The position numbers and the translations under genes were made by a program. From assembly GCF_009914755.1 (NCBI RefSeq), contig NC_060927.1: a DNA stretch of 64,000 nt, one strand, 5' to 3'. This DNA is from the human T2T-CHM13v2.0 reference genome, Homo sapiens. This document shows positions 59,341-64,000 of the stretch, one piece after another (the first letter of the stretch is position 1; the number at the start of each line of letters is the position of its first letter). Below the pieces are notes generated by a model. It was not told where the DNA came from, made no database searches, and saw nothing but the letters and a program-made list of their open reading frames with translations.

Positions 59341-61287
59341 CTTCCTTCCTTCTTATATTCATTCACTCATTCACTTGTTCAACAATTATTATCAAGCAAA
59401 TTTCCCACAGAGAATGTAGAATTTGGAAGGAGTAAGAGGCCATGCTATGGTGGCCCCACATTCCAGATGTTTGGAGACAGGACCAGTCTTCCATATTCTC
59501 TCTGGCTGTCAGAGCGTGTGTCTTGGTGTTGTGTTTGGTAAGCACATCTCCTGTAACTGAGGATCCAGAAAGCCTGGGAGAGTAGACAAAGCACTGTTGG
59601 CAAAAGGGGGTCAAAGGAAGATCTCTGCCTACACAGAAATACAGGAGAGACCTCTGTGAATATCTGGAGATATTTCCCCTTGGCCTGGGCTTGTGGGTGA
59701 GTAAACAGCCACCGCCTGGCCCTCTGGGGCACGCTGGCCAGTTCAGGTAGACTTCCTCCATCTCTCTCCTGGACTACCCATTTTCCTTTTGCCCAGGCAG
59801 GAGGTTTTGGCTCTGAAGGATGCCTTGCTATGGACATTGGTCTTTCCTCTCCTCACACATGCATCTACCCTGCCCCAATGCCTCTTCAAAGGGGAGGAGG
59901 CCCAAGGAAATTTCTTATGATCTCTCCAAGGAACTGTGGAGTTCTTCCTCCTCCGTTGCCTCTTCCTCCCAACGCTGGACCAGCAAAGGTGCTGCCTGAG
60001 GCCTCTCCTGACCTATCTTGGGTTCTGGTTAGCATTGCTCAGGGGTGCTCATTTCAGGGGTCTGGAGATATGGCATTTGGGTATAGGGGCTGAAGACTTT
60101 TGGGGTGGCTGGGAGCTCAGCCTTTGGGACCTCTGGGCAGGGCACATTGGGTGGTTTTGTCCAAGCAACCAGGGAAGAATCACTGAGTCTCCAAAGCAAT
60201 GTAACCAGAGAGGAAAGTGTCTCTAGGTGGAAACTCGGGGTTTGAGACATCTCACACAGCAGCAGAGGTAGCACTCAGTTTGTGCAGGAAAATATCAGTA
60301 GGGGTCATGGGTCCAGTGGACTTGGAAGAGGCTGGGTAGGGGAGAGTGCTGGACTGCAGGACTGCCCACCCTGGGAAGCTGTGGGGCAGAGGAGGAAGCA
60401 CCTCTTGGGGAGATGGTGGAGTGAGTCCCAGGGAATCCCAGAGGTGGTGTTGGTTAGAGGGGTGCTGGCGATGGGAGGGGCTTGGCCTTCAAGAAAGAAG
60501 CAGGCTTACTTACATATGTGAGGTGTGATCTGAGAAATGCTAGGAAAGTCTAACTTGGCCCCACTGACCTGCTGCTAGTGTCCGAAATTCCACTGTAGGA
60601 CCTAGCTCCTCGTAAGGATTCCTAGGGAACATCTGGCCTTTTGAGGCAGGTGCAGGGAGAGAGTAGAAGGTGGAGTGATAGGTCCACCGCAGGCATGTCC
60701 CCTGACCCAGAGCAGGCTAAGGTGGGTGAGCTCTAGAAGGTCCCTAGTGCACCAGGGAATGGAGGTCCAGGGCCCCTCAAGGTGTAGGTATAGGTAAAGT
60801 CACTTAGCTGATGGATATGAGGATATGGATTTTTACAGTCTCCTGTGCGTGTCTTCCCAGCAACATTTGCTATGGGATCATTGTATACCACAGACTCTGC
60901 ATAACAACAGGAAACAGGGCTTTGCCCTCCATGTGTCCATGTGTCAGGCGAGTGGTGCACTGGGCATCACCTTGGGTACGAGGAGCATGACCCGGGAAGC
61001 CATGCCTAAAGGGAATGGTAAGGGTGCCCTGCTTCTTGGATATCTGATTGTCTGGTTCTCATGACTGCTGCTTCATTTAAAACATGCACCCACACACAAC
61101 AGTGGGGTAGGATCCCAGGCATCTTGGATGATTTTCACATCAGGAATGAATGGATGCATCCTTTCTCTGCCCTGCCCACATGGAAGTTCTGCAGCCCACA
61201 TGAAGGCACATCTAGTTCTGGTGGGTGACCATGGTGAATGTCAGGGATTGGGCTGCCTAACCTCCTCCACCCACCCTCCTTCTACGG

Positions 61288-61406
61288 AGCCTCCTGCGCT
61301 GCTGAGACTGAAAAGCTGCACACTCCATTACCCAGCCTCCCTTGCAGCCTCCTGCGCTGCTGAGACTGAAAAGCTGCACACTCCATTACCCAGGCTCCCT
61401 TGCAGC
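61288..61406. repeat. 58-bp tandem duplication (1 mismatch) in an LTR33-like remnant
   Basis: Copies start at 61288 and 61346; AGC microhomology at the junctions. Confidence 0.95.
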
Positions 61407-61827
61407 TGGGCTCTGGATGCAAATTAGATTCTACCATTCAGATGCTCTCCTGGGAGGGCCGTCCTCCTGTGTAGACGTCCTCCTGTACCTTTTAGCTATT
61501 TTCAGTTCACAGGCAAAGTGGTGGAGATGAGAGGTGTTCTAGAGCAGGCTTCAGTATCCACTTGACAGCTTTCTGGGTCCCAAGGGTGGGAGGTTGGCAG
61601 AGTGGGGCTGGACTGTGATTCCAGTGCCCAGTCACCACCTTTGTGATGGTTGAGAGGTGGTTGTGGCACTGGTGACAGCATCCTGATCCCTAAATCCCAG
61701 CTCCATTTGTGGTTCTTGAACTCACAGCCCCAGCAGCAGCCTCTGGGGTTGTGTTTGCAGAATTGTTCCTTGAGGCCCACCCTGGAACACTCTCCCCCAG
61801 CCCTTCCAAGGATTTCTTAAACACTTT

Positions 61828-62635
61828 CTGTTTTGGAAAAAATTACAAATTCACAGAAGTTGCAAAAATAGTACAGGGAGGTCCTGTGTACCCTTCACCC
61901 AGTTTCTCCCGTAGTTACATCTTCCTTAATTGTAGTGTGATATCAAAACTAAGAACTTGACATTGGTACAATATGTGTGATTCCACAGTCCTCTTATCAC
62001 GTGTACATTCATCAAACACCACGGCAATCAAGATAAAGAACTGTTTCATCACCACAAAGATCTCCTGCACTCCTATATAATCAACCTACCCCTTTCGCTC
62101 TCTGCCATTCCTAAACCCTGACAACCACAAATCTGTTCTCCATTTCTATAATTTTGTCATTTCAAGAGAAATGTTACATAAATGGAACCACCCAGGATGT
62201 AAACTTTTGAGGTTGGCTTTTCTTCCACTCAGCACAATGTCCTTGAGACCCATCCAAGTTGTTGATGTATCAGTAACCCACTCCCTTTTGTTGCTGAGTA
62301 GTATTCCGTGGTATGGATGTACCACGTTTTGTTTAACGATTTGCCCATTGAAGGACATCTGGGTCATTTTCAGTTCTTGGCTATTGCAAATAAATCTGCT
62401 TGGAACATTTGGAACATTTGTGTACAGGCTTTTGTGTGAACATCATTTTCATTTTTCTGGGGTAAATGCCCAGGAGTCCAATTTCTGAGTCACAGGGTAA
62501 GTATATGTTTAATTTCTCAAGAAACTGCTCATGTATTTCACAGAGTACATTTTACATTCTTACCAGCAATGAATGTAAACCCAGTTGTTCTGCATGTTTG
62601 CTGGCATTTGGTATTGTCGCTGTTTCTTATTTTAG
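61828..62635 (-). mobile_element. L1MB/MC 3' end
   Basis: 'gctgagtagtattccgtggtatggatgtaccac', 'tgaaggacatctgggt'. Confidence 0.85.
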
Positions 62636-64000
62636 TGGAGGCATGGTTGAGTCTTCCTTCTCCACCAGTGTCTCTATATTTGAACTTGGAAAATGGGAAT
62701 GATTTGGGGATATTAACCTCACGGTTATACAGTAATCCACCCCCACCCTCATTTTCCATTAGTTGGAAAAGGTAGCATTGTGAAATATTGTTTATCAGAA
62801 ATTCAAATTGAACTGGGTGTCCCCTACTTTTGTTTGCTAAATTTAGCAACCCTAGGAAAAGGCTGACCTACCCAAACCAGTCAAAAGTCTGAAAGTACAA
62901 GACTCAAAAACACATCATTTGATTATTTCCACTAGATATAAGCTCCCAGAAGGCAAAGATTACATCTTCTTGTACTTCTTATTCCCAGGATCCAGGATAG
63001 AATTATCTCAAATTCTAAATTAGTTGTGTGTGACTTCATGAAATTTTTTTCTTTGAGAAGAGAAACTCCTTTGGTTAAAGGACACACAGCTTTCTGACTA
63101 TACTGCTGTTTGGAAGGGGTGTGTTTTTTAAAATGTTAATTAGAATTTATTTGGCTTTCGAAAATTCATAAACATAATGGAAACAGAAATGACACAGGAG
63201 GCTTCAGACCACATCCCTTTAAGGTAACTACTCTGCCCACCTGCTTTCCCACAGGCTCAGTGTGGCCAGAGCTGACTGCGAGGCTGGCTTTATGCTGCTG
63301 CTGTGGTGGGACCTGGGCCCCATAACCTGTACCCTCCTGAAGGGAGGCCCACAGTGCCAGTCCACAGGTCGATGCAGCCTTGGTTCGCTGCCTCTGGTGC
63401 TGACTGCAGGGGCCTGGCCAGGCCATCATGATCACCAGTGGTGGGGACTGGGAGGGTGCAGGGCTGCACTTCTGCAGAGACCAATGGTGGCAGCAGGAGG
63501 CTGCCTCCCTTCTTTCCTTCCCTGCATCTGGAAGAGGACTACTTGGAGGCCTGAAACTGCCCTCCTGTCCTGAAGGGTGGAAACCCTGGCTTAACTAGGT
63601 CTTCCATCAGTTGTGGGCCACATGGACTGTGAGGCAGGGCCTGGTGCAGAGGTTGGTGCACCTGGACAGCCTGATTATATCGGGCTGTGGCTGATTGGGA
63701 ACAGCTGGAAGCTGGTCAGGGGCTGAGGAACACCTACCTGAGGCATTCCTTATGCGTTCAAGTTCCCACATGGGCCCCCTGCCCAGACGTGGCACACCCC
63801 TGCTGCCACCCCACCTACAGCCAGAAGGATGCTTTCAGAGCTGACTCATGGTGGAGGTCAGGGGGAAGAGGAGCAGAGGCCAAGGGCTGAGGAGCTCTGG
63901 CCCAGGGAGCCGCTGGGTTACTTGTGACAGGCTTTGGCCTAGTAGCTGCCTACATATCCCAGACCTCAGCTCTCTCTTGTGCTCTTACCTTCACCTGACT

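Overview
Primate (human-type) genomic DNA, not microbial: Alu, L1PA and ERV/MaLR repeats dominate. The window holds the last four coding exons of GASK1A (FAM198A, Golgi-associated FAM20/FJX1-like kinase; human 3p22.1 from prior knowledge) on the + strand at 19593-20879, 40849-40971, 42760-42863 and 43504-43714. With an ATG supplied by an upstream exon not identified here, they splice to 575 aa. Other main features: a >5.4 kb, 23-bp-period purine-rich minisatellite in intron 1; a sense-oriented, 5'-truncated FAM120A-like retrocopy in intron 2; several solo LTRs with TSDs; and a full-length L1PA2 downstream (ORF0 and ORF1 intact; ORF2 has D145E, W888* and W1158*). I see no new multi-gene system. 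The most unusual signals are DNA-repair and recombination fossils: (1) a 212-bp perfectly identical tract with shared non-consensus alleles between two inverted L1s flanking GASK1A exons 3-5 (likely ectopic gene conversion); (2) a templated insertion with a fold-back hairpin inside a MER5A, copied from 4.3 kb upstream; (3) a three-part templated insertion at 29135-29393. Repeat family names come from recalled consensus sequences, not from a search.
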